The translations under genes and the position numbers were made by a program. This document shows, piece after piece, positions 26,883-41,674 of a stretch of 64,000 bases of DNA (positions within the stretch are counted from its first letter, which is position 1; the number at the start of each line of letters is the position of its first letter). This DNA is from Octopus vulgaris (lineage: Eukaryota), in assembly GCA_951406725.2 (NCBI GenBank), contig OX597816.1, positions 94,240,001 through 94,304,000 of the forward strand, given 5' to 3'. The notes under the pieces were generated by a model. The model worked only from the letters and a program-made list of their open reading frames with translations. It did not search any database and was not told the DNA's origin.

Positions 26883-27029
26883 ATGTCTGCTGCTGTAAGG
26901 AGCTTGCCTCCCTTGTCAGGCATTAATATAGTGCTTTCTGTAGCTATTGAGTTGTTTTGACTCTTATTTCTAGCTATACCGGGGCTGATTAGTGGCCTTT
27001 GTCACTTTAGTGACGTCTGTATATATTAT

Positions 27030-27388
27030 TTTATTCTTTTACTGTTTTCAGTCATTTGACTGCGGCCACGCTGCAGCACCGCCTTAAAGGGTTTTAGTCG
27101 AAGAAATCGACCCCAGAATTTATTCTTTGTAAACCTAGTATTTATTCTATTGGTTTCCTCTGCCGAACCGCTAAGTTACGGTGACATAAACACACCAGCA
27201 TATATGTAAATATATATATATATACGACGGGCTTTTTTCATTTTCTCCTCTACCAAATCAGCTCACAAAGCTTTGTTCGGCCCCAGCTATTGTAGGAGAC
27301 ACTTGCCCAAGGTGCCACGCAATGGAACTGAACCCGGAACTATGTGGTTGGAAAGCAAGCTTCTTGCCACACAGCCACGCCTGCGCCT
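27030..27388 (-). mobile_element. SINE family B
   Basis: ACACTTGCCCAAGGTGCCACGC...CACAGCCACGCCTGCGCC. Confidence 0.82.
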
Positions 27389-27404
27389 AACCCTAGACGT
27401 TAAG

Positions 27405-27460
27405 AGTCGCTGATGAGGATTAAGGTAATCTACATCAAAATCCGAGATCATAATCCGACT
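27405..27460 (+). ncRNA. Hammerhead-ribozyme-like motif with an A14G change, at the 5' end of an R4/Dong-like LINE
   Basis: AGTCG-CTGATGA-GGATT..AATCC-GAGA-T-CATA-A-TC-CGACT. Stems I and II are perfect 5-bp helices, the triplet is AUC, and GAAA reads GAGA. Confidence 0.6.
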
Positions 27461-29345
27461 ATGTACGCTGGGGACTTACCTCCCTTCGTGAGCTAAGACA
27501 GTGCTTTTGTGGCATACATACATACGTAGAAAATTAACTGAAATTCAACATGTAGGATTACTACTGTATAAACCAGAGCAGGACAGGATACTGGGTGAAC
27601 AATCACAGGTCCCGGAACTCTCGAGAGAAATTTCAATGGAGCTTCAAATTGAACCAAGACCTGTATCATTTTCACAAAAATGCTAGGTAAATTCCTTCAT
27701 AGGTTAAATGTAAAGGATGAAGAATGACTGGAATCTAAAATATCCCAACTATTCTAACTTCAGTATCAAACAACTACAACAGGCAACCTTTGTGAGAAAA
27801 TTAGCTGTTATCTCCACTAACTATCAGAATCACACAACAAATAAGAGTAAAACCAGTCCAGTGAATTCTTCTCCAGAGAAAATCGTAACATCACGGAACA
27901 CGACCGATGCAATAACAATAAAACTGAGACGAGTGAACAATAACTGATCATAAACAAACAGAAATAATGATTGAAAAATACAAACAATTGAAAGAACACT
28001 ACACAGCAAAAATCAAACAAGTCTTCACGACCTACATTAACAAACAAGTACATGAGACACGAATAATCACACAAGTCTATAGAAAACCAACCAGCTTGTT
28101 GTTATCCGCAATAGACCAAATAGCTAAAGAACAATTAGCAAATGATTAAAAATCCAAATGTTTGGGTATTGAATGTTCTATTATAGTGTACTGCGATTAC
28201 CATCCACCAATAGTTGAGAGTAGTGGAGATGGATCATAGTGAGGAGAAACAAAACTAAATAGATTACCTTTCTCCAGACACATTGACAGATTCAGAAAAA
28301 ATATTGGACAACTAAATACAGTCATGAAGTGTAAAGTGGATAATAAATTCACAAACCACCAGCTGCAACTCTATGATAGATTATCTAAAGTCTATGGGAA
28401 CTGTCGTCCAGAAATACTAACTGGCAAATTAAATGTTCTTAAACGAACTGCGAGCTCTAAGAAAACAATTTCATTAGAAAAAAAAACCTGCAGAGACGAA
28501 AAGTCAGTAATCGCAAATTTGCAATAAATCCACGAGCCTAAGATCTGTCCAGACGGTCTTTCAGTGCTACATTGTATCACTTAGATAACACCTACCGAAG
28601 AACAAAAAGAGAAATGTGTACATCATATGTATGTATACTCAATAAAAATAATGACATCGTGAGGTTAGGCGAAGAATTCCTGAACATGTAATTTGAGTTT
28701 ACAGCTACGCCATGTGAACCAAGTGGCTGGACAGAGCTATATTAAAAAAAACTAGCAAGAGAAATACTCAGACAGTTGTGCATGTATATATATCCCGCAA
28801 GCTAGAAAATACCAGTAACATTGACAGGATGGTAGCTTCTCCCTGACATCACATACCATTACATTTCTTGCTATCCAAGAAAAGAAGACAGTTATAAATA
28901 CCTAATCACCAAAAAAAGACCTTTAAGCCTCCATGCTGCGATAGAAAGTATCGATTGCGTCATACCATTGTGGAAGATATCACTTAACATCAATACCGGT
29001 TTAAAATGTCCGCGAGATACTATCTTCCCATAGGATATGACATTGTTGCTGAGACTGTTCACAATACTAAACGCAAGACAGATTGGCCTAATTGCTATAC
29101 AAAAGCAACACCATAAATAGAACCTTTAAAAATAAAGAATACTGGTAGAACATTGCAAAAACAGCAACCCGGCGTAAGCGCAATGGGCCAAATATAGTGG
29201 AACGAGACAAGGAGAAAAAGTTGTGCATCGCTGTAGAGATCAGTTGCTCAGCTGATGTGAATGTCTCCTCAAAAATTGTGGAAAGGAAAGCATCTATGGA
29301 GTGTTAGTAATAAAACTTCAGCTCTTACAAACAGGCTACAGATTT
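27461..29345 (+). mobile_element. R4/Dong-type (restriction-like endonuclease) non-LTR retrotransposon, internally deleted and decayed
   Basis: N-terminal RMKNDWNLKYPNYSNFSIKQLQQ. Zinc-knuckle remnant near 28950-29050 (RL..TIVEDIT...KMSARYYLPIGYDIVA). RLE remnant near 29130-29300 (KEYW.NI...EKKLCIAVEISCSADVNVSSKI). Confidence 0.65.
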
Positions 29346-29666
29346 TCATTTAGTGCGCTGGGTTACATAATAACTGAACTACATAGAAACCTAGAAGTGC
29401 TTAGGTTCTCTAAAAAAAATGATAGGAAAAGAAAAAAGAACAGAGCAGACTGATTTGCATCCTCCAGATACAATCGATTATAGGCACAGTAGAAATGTGT
29501 AAAACATTCCAGGGATTTTCTGGTTGAGGTTCCTGGATTAACATATGCACACAATCACATAGGGAATGCATATACATGCACACATATAAACAGTAATGAA
29601 ATATACACACTTGGGTTCTATTGTGACACGCACATCCATAGTGCAAGTTCACACGCACACACACAC

Positions 29667-29712
<46 letters not shown>

Positions 29713-29825
29713 CACAACACGCACACAAACATGCATTAATCAATCAATTCAGGTAAGCTCAAACCCCAAGGGCTTGAACTCTACAAGGAAAAAGAATTTT
29801 AATAAATCCCAAATAAACATATATG

Positions 29826-29867
<42 letters not shown>

Positions 29868-31185
29868 TACACATTGCGTATTATATGTATATACTGACGA
29901 TAGTTAGGCACCGAATGAAACAGGCTGAAAATTCTTAACGAACTGAAATTAACTTTCTAACTGGAACAAAAACAAAAGCCCAAACAGTAATTGTTAATAA
30001 CTTTCAAAGAAAAGAGATAATTTCAATAAATAAAGATTTAATTACGCGCGAAATTAAAATGTCATACTTACTGGTGGAAAATGTGAACTGCTTTAACATC
30101 CAAGATTAGGATTTTTTTAAACCTCTTCAACGAAGCCAGTCTTCTCCAGCTTGCTCGATCAGAGGATAGAGACGTTTATAAGTAGAAATGAATTACGAAC
30201 AAAGTTTGGCACGGGTATACACATATGTTAACGTATTACGTGTCACTGATATTGAATGCCTTTCATTTCATTGTGATATACTTTATTAACTCGAGTGTTG
30301 CCTGTGGGATCTATATACTGGATGCAATATTTTACCTATTCTAAGTAACTTCAACCGTTGCGATAAGTTCTACCTATCCTTCCCACGCTGTGGCTGTAAA
30401 AAATGTTTCTAGATTTATCAGGACATTACTGCCACGTGTGACAATTAAATCTTTTAATTCCATCATACGTAATTTACGCCGATTTATGCTAAGTTGTAAT
30501 CGTTCGAAATCCTTTGTATCAAGCTTCTCAAGATTTATTTCCGCGTGTAAAGTGTTTGGATTATTGTTATTTTGTGATAATGTCAAAGTTAATGCTATGA
30601 TGTGTATTTATGAGAGGCTTTTGCAAATACTGTTTGATTGTCTTAATATGAATATTTTGAAAACCAAACACCTTTTTATGGGTGCTATAGCTTCATTCGT
30701 ATAGTCACAGCGTCTGTTGTGTTCCTGTATCGTTCACATGTGAAAAAAATATTTCCGCGTGACGAACGTACATCCGTTCGACAGTATTCAAGCAGTGACC
30801 ATCTCGAAAATGCTTTCAAGATCGACAGATCGAAATTTAAAGAAACGAATGTCACAGAAAGAATCAAGACGATTACTTCCGGGGCTGAGTTTGACAGCGA
30901 GCGATGGATGGTAGAATGGTTCCGGAAGGGAGAATCCTTGTCGTAGAGAAAGAAATAAGATGAGCTGTGACGAGCATAACCTAAAAAGAGAGGCCAAGAG
31001 CAAATTCGAAAGAGGGAGAGAGATGAGCGGATGAATCGAAAGAGAATGTAAAGAGTGGTATGTTACTGACCTTGGCAATGGTTCAACTAATGGAAAATCA
31101 AGTCGAGCCAGGGCTAAATTTTCGGAAGCTGAACGAAATTGTATCATGTCACACGGGTAGTGAAGCTGCAGATATTTATGGGGAG

Positions 31186-31228
<43 letters not shown>

Positions 31229-31605
31229 TGCCGACCTAAACTGGCATATCTGCAGTTCAATGTGACTGAGAATTTTTGGAAGCATCAGTTGGTGAAATAG
31301 AAAAATGTGATATACTGTCTGCTCAGGCTGGAGACTCGGGTTGCACTCAGCACCAAAAGTCATGGAAATGGTTTTCAGGACGTTCTTGGGGGGAAATGGG
31401 CTAGGTGAAACAGACCACGTGTTCTAAAATAGATGATATCCAAGTGAATGAAAGTGCAGTGGTGGTTGTAAGTCATCTTAAGAGATTTGTGTCAACCACT
31501 AAACCTCTAGACTATATAGAAGGCTGCACTGGGACTCAATCTAGAGAGAGTGACAAGGTGAGAAAGGTCGTGTTTCAGATATGTACCGCAGAATTTCGAG
31601 GAAGA

Positions 31606-31721
<116 letters not shown>

Positions 31722-31934
31722 GGCGCGGATCGGGAGACATGTGTTCTTGAGCAAAACACTTCATTTCACGTTGTTCCAGCCCACTCATCTGTAAATGAGT
31801 AAACGGAATAACCTGATCAGGAGCAATGCTGACCTGCTTGCCTAGCTAGCGGGGTGGTATCATTCGAAAGACAAAACAATGCAAAGCGCATTGTGTCTAG
31901 CGATGTATAAAAACATCCGATAGTTAGCTACCAT

Positions 31935-33120
31935 CATGCCGTATTCGAAAGTGAGTCATAGATTAAAGCTTTTGAAGAATTTTCTGATTTTTTCCCGCAT
32001 TCTTCCTGTGATAGTTTTACTATTGTTAGGAATAATGAACAAAGCAACATACCTATAAAGATCACCCTGCAATTCAGGGATTTCACTAAGAGATAAGCAC
32101 CAACGAAATCGGTAATCTGGGCCGAGTCACTCGAACCCATAGCAATATCAAAATTATTTGGGGTGTTGTACCTCGTCCATAATCTACCCTCAAATTCTAT
32201 GATAGTTTTCCTAGCTAAAAGAATAATATCTATTTTATCTCTAGTTATGAGAGAGAGGCTTTTAGTAAAAATTAGGGACTTGTTTAAGAGAATAAGGGAG
32301 CTGCGAGAATAATAACTGTTAATATCAAATTGTATAAACGATTAATAACTTACATTTTCAATATATTTGAACCAGTGTATTACTTTATTGGTATTACACC
32401 ATAATTTAAGAGGTAAGTTAGGAATTATTAGGGGTAATATCGTATCAAGAATGGATTTACTAAGTCGACCGATAATTGACTTAATCGGGCAAATAAGTCT
32501 AACAGAAGGATTGTCGTGAAGATTCTTTTCATGGTCTTTGAGGTTAATTTTGGATTCATTTGGCTTCATAGGTTCCGTTCTATCTACTACGCCACAGTCC
32601 ATCATAATTTCTTTGGTTTACAAGTTCATATCGAAGAGATTCTTTTCCGTGGTTACTTTATATTTAGCGTTCAGTTCCTTTAATATTATTAGTCTTCTAT
32701 AGGTTTCATAGTTTAGTCTATAACAAGTTCCCTGTTTTCTCCGCCGGCACATGTATTCCTGTGATTTATACTGTAGCGATTTAATAAAGTCTTTAAGCTT
32801 CCTCGAGTATAAGCTTCTCCTAAGTGACTATTCTTTGAATTTTATATAAGATATTAGCTCGAACAAATCTTTTGCAAAGATTTCCAGTAGTGGGCTAGCT
32901 GGAGGATTTTTTTTACTATTTCTTGACCCCCATTTTATACTCTTTCTTCACCCTCATTTTTTTCTATTTCTTGACCCCATTGTTGCTTTTTTATGCCACT
33001 CATTGTTGTTTTCCTATGCCACTCTAAATTATAGTAGGCTTTAAGTATTTTCTTCCTAAGTTCATTATGCTACAATAATAGCAATAAGCAATGTAATTCT
33101 TTTATTCTCTAGTTGTAATG
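31935..33120 (-). mobile_element. Penelope-like element RT fragment
   Basis: Minus strand: LKDHEKNLHDNPSVRLICPIKSIIGRLSKSILD, FIQFDI, NFDIAMGSSDSAQITDFVGAYLL. Confidence 0.8.
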
Positions 33121-33387
33121 AAATATTTACTTAAAAATTATAATGGAGTACCCTGTATGTTGAAAACCTATATGGTCTTATGCATTCGAGGAGAGCGATT
33201 TATTTCAAATTGATGTAATGCTTGCATTAATCGATTAAATGGGGCCGATTGAAATAACCGTAATCCACTAATACCTAGAAATCCTTGTTATTTATTTGCT
33301 TTTGTATTGACCTAACTTCGAGTTGTGAGGACAATACCGGACTGACTTGGTGCCTCGACTTAAGTACCTAATTCAACTGAATCTTAA

Positions 33388-33468
<81 letters not shown>

Positions 33469-33476
33469 TAAATATG

Positions 33477-33508
<32 letters not shown>

Positions 33509-33689
33509 TGTACATATAATATTTGTATATATGTGTGTGTGTATGTGTATGTATATACTTATATGCATATGTATATATGAATATATATATATATGTATAC
33601 ATATATATGAATATATGCATATATATATAAATATATGTATATATTTATATATGTATATATATGTGTATATATGTATATATGTATACGCA

Positions 33690-33732
<43 letters not shown>

Positions 33733-33758
33733 GTATATATATATATACATATATCTAC

Positions 33759-33791
<33 letters not shown>

Positions 33792-33869
33792 ACGTATATG
33801 TATATATATATATATATATATGTGTATACATATATATGAATATATGTATATATATAAATATATGTTTAT

Positions 33870-34170
33870 CTAGATATATAAAAATGAGAATATGTGTGTG
33901 TGTCTGTCTGTGTGAATCCCTAAAACTTGAGAACTACACAACCATTTCATCCAAATTTTACACATGCCTTACTTAGGGTCCACGTAGTGTCATAAGCCCA
34001 AACATTTTTAACTTCTTGCCTAATGCAAGCCCACAGCAATATCATATCTTCTCCACTATTTCAGTATTACGCGTCAAAAGTGAAACAATAACATTTCTCT
34101 ATTGTAATGTCAGAGACTTTCACTTTAATACTGAAACTATTAAAGTGAAACTATTATCTCACATCTATAC
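33870..34170 (+). mobile_element. Helitron-like non-autonomous element, 5' part
   Basis: A|TC-TAGATATATAAAA start followed by (GTCT)-like repeats, like the other Helitron heads in the cluster. No 3' end found. Confidence 0.5.
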
Positions 34171-34188
34171 AGGCATACATGCATATAC

Positions 34189-34276
<88 letters not shown>

Positions 34277-34314
34277 ATGTATGTGTGTGTGTATGTATGT
34301 ATGTATACATCTTC

Positions 34315-35393
<1,079 letters not shown>

Positions 35394-35501
35394 GAAAAAC
35401 CAAAAAATATTTTATTCTTTATAAATGTTGTATTCAAAATAACATTTTCTTTTAAGAATGTGTATATAACAAAGTATGTGTATATAACTACGTGACTTAT
35501 A

Positions 35502-35897
35502 TCTTTATATATAAGAGTGAAGTTGTGTGTCTGTCTCCTACGATTTAGATTCCTAACTACTCCCACATTTTGCGGTGCAGTGTAACCAAAACCGGGTATC
35601 TTATAGTCGTGAGTCATATCGAGCCCTTCTGGGTATTAGCGCGCGTCTACGATGAGTCTACGATTTAAAAAATTTACCATCATATTTTTCCATTTTAATG
35701 CATTTTTTTCGCTATTATATAAGGGAAGTAACTCTCTAAAAATATCTACGATGTGTCAACGATTTAAAAAGAAATTTACCTTCATTTCTTTTCCATTTTT
35801 AATGCATTTTTTTCCTATTTTTTGGCTATAACTCTCTAAAAATGCTTATATAGTTATTTCCCTTACAAACCCGAGCAACGCCGGGCGATACTGCTAG
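35502..35897 (+). mobile_element. Complete non-autonomous Helitron (396 bp)
   Basis: A|TC start, subterminal hairpin CCCGAGCAACGCCGGG, CTAG|T end, no TSD. Confidence 0.82.
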
Positions 35898-36033
35898 TAT
35901 ATATATAAATGCATATATATAGATGTACATATAATATGTACACACATATATAGATACATATACACATATATACATGCATACATATATACACCCATACAGA
36001 CATACACACATACACACACACACATATACATAA

Positions 36034-36345
36034 GTGCAGGTGTGGCTGTGTGGTAACAAACTTGGTTCCAAAACACATGGTCCTGGGTTCAATCCCACTG
36101 TGTGCTGACTTCGCATGTGTCTTCTGCTATAGCCTCAGACCAACCAAAGCCTTGTCAGTGGATTTCGCAGACAGAAACTGAAAGAAATCAATCGTAGATA
36201 TATCTATGTATATATGTAAGTGTATGTGTGTGTCTTTGTCTCTGTGTTTCTCCCTCATTACTACCTCACAATTGCTGTTCGTTTATTTACATCCCTAAAA
36301 CTTACTGGTTTCACAAGAAGAAACTTATAGAATAAGTACCAGGCT
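36034..36345 (+). mobile_element. SINE family B, diverged (further fragments near 14366-14480 and 38760-38960)
   Basis: GCAGGTGTGGCTGTGTGGTAAC...GAAACTGAAAGAA matches the family head. Confidence 0.75.
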
Positions 36346-36446
36346 TATCAAAACAAAAAAAAAAGCACTAGGCAGTGTCTCATATTTCTGTTTGCCCACT
36401 CAGTTGTACCTATCAATTTATCTTTTTTGTGTTGTGTGTGTTATAT

Positions 36447-36477
<31 letters not shown>

Positions 36478-36490
36478 ATATATATATATA

Positions 36491-36574
<84 letters not shown>

Positions 36575-36627
36575 ATACACACACACATACACACATATAT
36601 ATATGTATGTATATGTGCATATTCATA

Positions 36628-37974
36628 TCTATTATATAAAAGTCAATGCCTTTATGTGTGTTCGTGTTACTTATACATTCGAAAACTGCTGCACTGATCC
36701 TAATGAAATTTGGAACACAAAATCCAAGCCTAGGGAGAAGGGTAAATCTGTGTGTTTCATACAATTTCAAGGACCAAAATTACTGAATGGATCCTTATAA
36801 TATTTGGAACTTAGATTCAGTGCATAAGGGCGGGTATAATGCAATATGTTTGGTTTGAATTTCAGATGGCTTAAAGCGGGCAGAACCCCCATGAAAATTC
36901 ATAAATTTTCGATGTTTATGAAATTTCAACCATGTGTAATTGAAACACATCAAAAACTATTCTCACAGTTTCTACTTCTCATGAGGATTCTTAGACCTCC
37001 TAATGGGGGGCCTTAACTCCCAAATTTTAGTCATTTCTTTATTATCCAAAACTAGGTCAAATGTACTGAATGGATCTTTATGAAATTTGAAAATTTCTAT
37101 TCTATGTATAAGGACCATAACCTCCATGACAATTCATATATTTTTGCTGTTGATGAAATTTTAACCATAGATATTAGACACAAATGAAGTAATATTTATA
37201 AAATTTCATCTTCTTAGAAGTTAGAAAGACCCTGTGATGGGTACTTAACACCCACAATTTAGTCATTTTATCTAAGAAAAGACGAATACAGTTGTACTCT
37301 TGGAAGCTTTAGGGTCACCCGAGCATAAAAGATGAGCATTGTTTGTAATTCAATGGTACAATAGTGTAAGAGTTTGCTTTGAGATATACTTAGATTGTAA
37401 TTTCTGCAATGTGGTGCATAGATTGTCAAGTAAATGAGAGGCATATTTGACCCAACTGATTCAGTTGCAAAGTGTTGAGTAAAGTTATTTCTATTTCAAA
37501 GAAATTCAAACAACAGATATAAGACTCAACAATTCAACTTCTCTGGTTGACATTAAGACACCAAGTATATTCCTGCATTTTATAATAGCTTATTCTCTGA
37601 ATTGCCCATTTTGGGGGAATAGTTCACTTTTTTGTATATATTATTTACTACAATAGGGGCCTTATATTCTTTACTACAATTGGGGCCTTAACTCCCACAT
37701 TTCAGAGCTCCCTGACCTCCATTTTTCAGGAGCAAAATCCTTTTAACAGGTTCAATAAGACTGGAATTTTGGAATCTGCGCATAAAAACCAGTAGTATTG
37801 GATACATGTGTCATGATTAAAATTTTTTAGGGTGTGTAAAGAGGGAAAGACCCCTCATCTGTAATTTTGATGAAATTCAAATCATAGATATTCCAGTTCA
37901 TTACTAAAAATATAACAGAAAAGTCTAATTCTTCGATTGCATATAACACGGGCAACGCCGGGTATCTCTGCTAG
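36628..37974 (+). mobile_element. Complete non-autonomous Helitron (~1.35 kb) with internal subrepeats
   Basis: A|TCTATTATATAAAA start and CACGGGCAACGCCGGG...CTAG end. Confidence 0.78.
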
Positions 37975-38474
37975 TCTCTTATATAAAATCCGTTCTGTCT
38001 GTCTATGTATCTTCTCGTATCTCGAGCATCCTCCATCCGATTGCGCTCAAATTTGATATGTAGATACCGACGGTATCAGGACGTGTATAAGTCTTGAAAA
38101 AATTACAAAAATCGATTCCAGGTGAGAATGCGATCGATAAAGCCGTTTTTTGTCCTGCTTTTCTTCCGTCAACCTGTACATAACTGCACCTTCCATTTTT
38201 TGTTTTTTTGTACTGCATAAAGGCAGGTTTTTTTCCTGCCAAAGCTTAGTGTTTAAACCATATTTGTGTTCTCCCAGTCATTACTGGTACTTTAAACTCT
38301 TCGGTTGCATATTTGTGTCAATAAAATCGTTTTTCTTTGTAATAGAAAAAAATGTCTATCTTTATTTCTTCTTTTGCTAGTGTCTCAAAATTAGGTCAAA
38401 TCAGTGTTTTGAGAAAATTTGGTTTAAATGTTTGACAACTCAGCACCGTCCATTGGACGGGGGCGTTTTGCTCG
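37975..38474 (+). mobile_element. Non-autonomous Helitron abutting the previous element head-to-tail
   Basis: TCTCTTATATAAAA start directly after CTAG; hairpin CCGTCCA-T-TGGACGG (38446-38460); CTCG|T end. Confidence 0.7.
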
Positions 38475-38566
38475 TATGTATATATATATGTATATATTTA
38501 TATATGTATATGTATATGTGTGTGTGTGTGTATGCATAAATATATATATATATGTGTGTGTCTGTG

Positions 38567-38628
<62 letters not shown>

Positions 38629-38633
38629 CAAAA

Positions 38634-38715
<82 letters not shown>

Positions 38716-38994
38716 CTATATATATAAGGTTTGTGTCTAGAAATATATGTGTGTGTATACTCTTTTATCCTTTTACTTGTTGCAGTCATTTTGTTTGCGG
38801 ACATGCTGGAGCACCGCCTTTAGTCGAACAAATCGAAACCAGGACTTATTTTTTGTAAGCGTATTACTTATTCTATCATCTCATTTCCCGAACCGCTAAG
38901 TCTCGGGGACGTAAACACACCAGCATTGGTTGTCAAACGTTGGTAGGTGGACAAACACACGCGCGCGCGCATATATATGTATATATACATATAC

Positions 38995-39055
<61 letters not shown>

Positions 39056-39057
<2 letters not shown>

Positions 39058-39394
39058 CGCATGGCTCAGTGGTTAGAGCGTCGAGCTTACGATCGTGAGG
39101 TTGTGAGCTCGAATCCCGGACCGGGCTGCGTGTTGTGTTCTTGAGCAAGACACTTTATTTCACGTTGCTCCAGTTCACTCAGCTGTAGAAATGAGTTGCG
39201 ACGTCACAGGTGCCAAGCTGTATCGACCTTTGTCTTTCCCTTGGATAACACTGGTGGCGTGAAGAGGGGAGGCTGGTATGCATGGGCGACTACTGGTCTT
39301 CCATAAAACAACCTTGCCCAGACTTGTGCCTCAGAGGGTAACTCTCTAGGTGCAAACCCATGGTCATTTCATGACCGAAGGGGGTCTTTACCCT
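39056..39394 (+). mobile_element. SINE family C, full length, in (TA)n (a fragment also lies at 31719-31800)
   Basis: A-box TGGCTCAGTGG and B-box-like GCTCGAATCCC, flanked by TA repeats. Confidence 0.87.
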
Positions 39395-39409
39395 TTTATA
39401 TATATATAT

Positions 39410-39932
<523 letters not shown>

Positions 39933-40006
39933 TATGTATGTATGTATGTACGTATTTATGTATGTATGTATGTATGTGTATGTATATGTGTGTGTGTGTG
40001 TATATA

Positions 40007-40231
40007 TCTGGCAGAAATGTTAGCACGCCGGGCGAAATGCGTAGCCGTATTTTGTCTGCCGTTAAGTTCTGAGTTCAAATTCCGCCGAGGTCGACTTTGC
40101 CTTTCATCTTTTCGGAGTCGATAAATTAAGTACCAGTTACGCACTGGGGTTGATGTAATTGACTTAATCCGTTTGTCTGTCCTTGTTTGTTCCCTCTGTG
40201 TTTAAACCCCTTGTGGGTAGTAAAGAAATAA
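40007..40231 (+). mobile_element. SINE family A
   Basis: Colinear with the 20475 copy. Confidence 0.85.
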
Positions 40232-40541
40232 TATATAATCACACTGCGAAAAACCACTTCATGAACAGAAAAGCAAACATTGACTTAACCAGTTGAGACT
40301 CTCCTTGAAGCTTTCTATTCTTCTCTCTGTCAGTGGAAAGATATATATCTAACAGCTATATGTAATCACTGATTCAGTTAGCTACGCTAAATCGATAAAC
40401 CTGATTTGCATGAATAGCACTATGCTTTCAACTTAAATTAATTATGAATGCAGTAAACTGTCCAAATCCACTGTTTGGTTCATTAATAATATCTTTGTAT
40501 ACATATATAACTGTCCGTATGTACTAATATGAATATGCATG

Positions 40542-40615
<74 letters not shown>

Positions 40616-40981
40616 GAATGTTTTTATATATAATGAACGTGAAATACAGGAAGGGACGAACACGGAACACAGACAAATCATTCGAAGCCTTCAATCTTCA
40701 GTCAGACACCGAATCATCATAGCAAATTTCGGCTGTTCAATTCTGATATTTGCTCCAACTCGGCCAGCCCCAAGAAAAAAAACTAAGCTGTAAGCATTAG
40801 ATTTCTTGGTAGAAGACAGGAATGTGAACGCACAAGACGAATGTAAATACAAGAGACGAAAACGAAATTGAAAACAGTAATGAATAAACAAAATATATAT
40901 AACGGTGGTTGTCATACGACTTTAGACCAAATGAGACAAAAACAACAACAACATATATATATATATATGTAGACAATATAA

Positions 40982-41012
<31 letters not shown>

Positions 41013-41108
41013 TGTATGTATGTATGTATGTATGTATGTATGTATGTATGAATGTATGTACATATGTATACATTTAATATCTAATATAATATATATATGT
41101 ATGTATAG

Positions 41109-41193
<85 letters not shown>

Positions 41194-41674
41194 TATGCAT
41201 AATATACGATATGTATATGTACGTGTGAGCCTCTGTGTATATGTGAATACATATGTGTGTGTGTGTGTGTAACGTGTACGTATGTATGTATGTATGTGTG
41301 TGTATGTACGTATGTATTTTTGCTTGTAGACGCACATATATGAAGGACACCGGCTTCAGTTTCGACGGATAAGCGTCCAGTTGTGAGATCAGCTGGACGA
41401 CCTATTAACTGATGTAGCGTGCGAAGTGTACTCTTAGAGTAATTCTCAAGTAGACTCAGCATAGCAATGTGACGAAATCAGACCGTTGAATCATAAATAC
41501 GGTCTCTCCGACGGTCTTCTGAATACAGTTTCTAACTATCGAATTTTACTCGCAAGGTTTAGGCTGATTCGAGGCAATGGAAAAGGTACTTGTCCGAGAT
41601 ACAACACACTAGGTCTCGCTTATGGTCTTATAGCTACGAAGCGAACTTTTTAACCACTAACCTATATCTGCACC

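Noticed and set aside
39056-39130. tRNA-like sequences (also at 22480, 41675, 51347, 52953 and 18943)
   Set aside because: They are SINE heads: they continue into shared bodies and tails, several have TSDs, and no full cloverleaf is evident.
40665-40715. Minus-strand CTGAAGA...CTTCGAAT hammerhead-like motif
   Set aside because: GAAA is not intact and there is no stem I complement.
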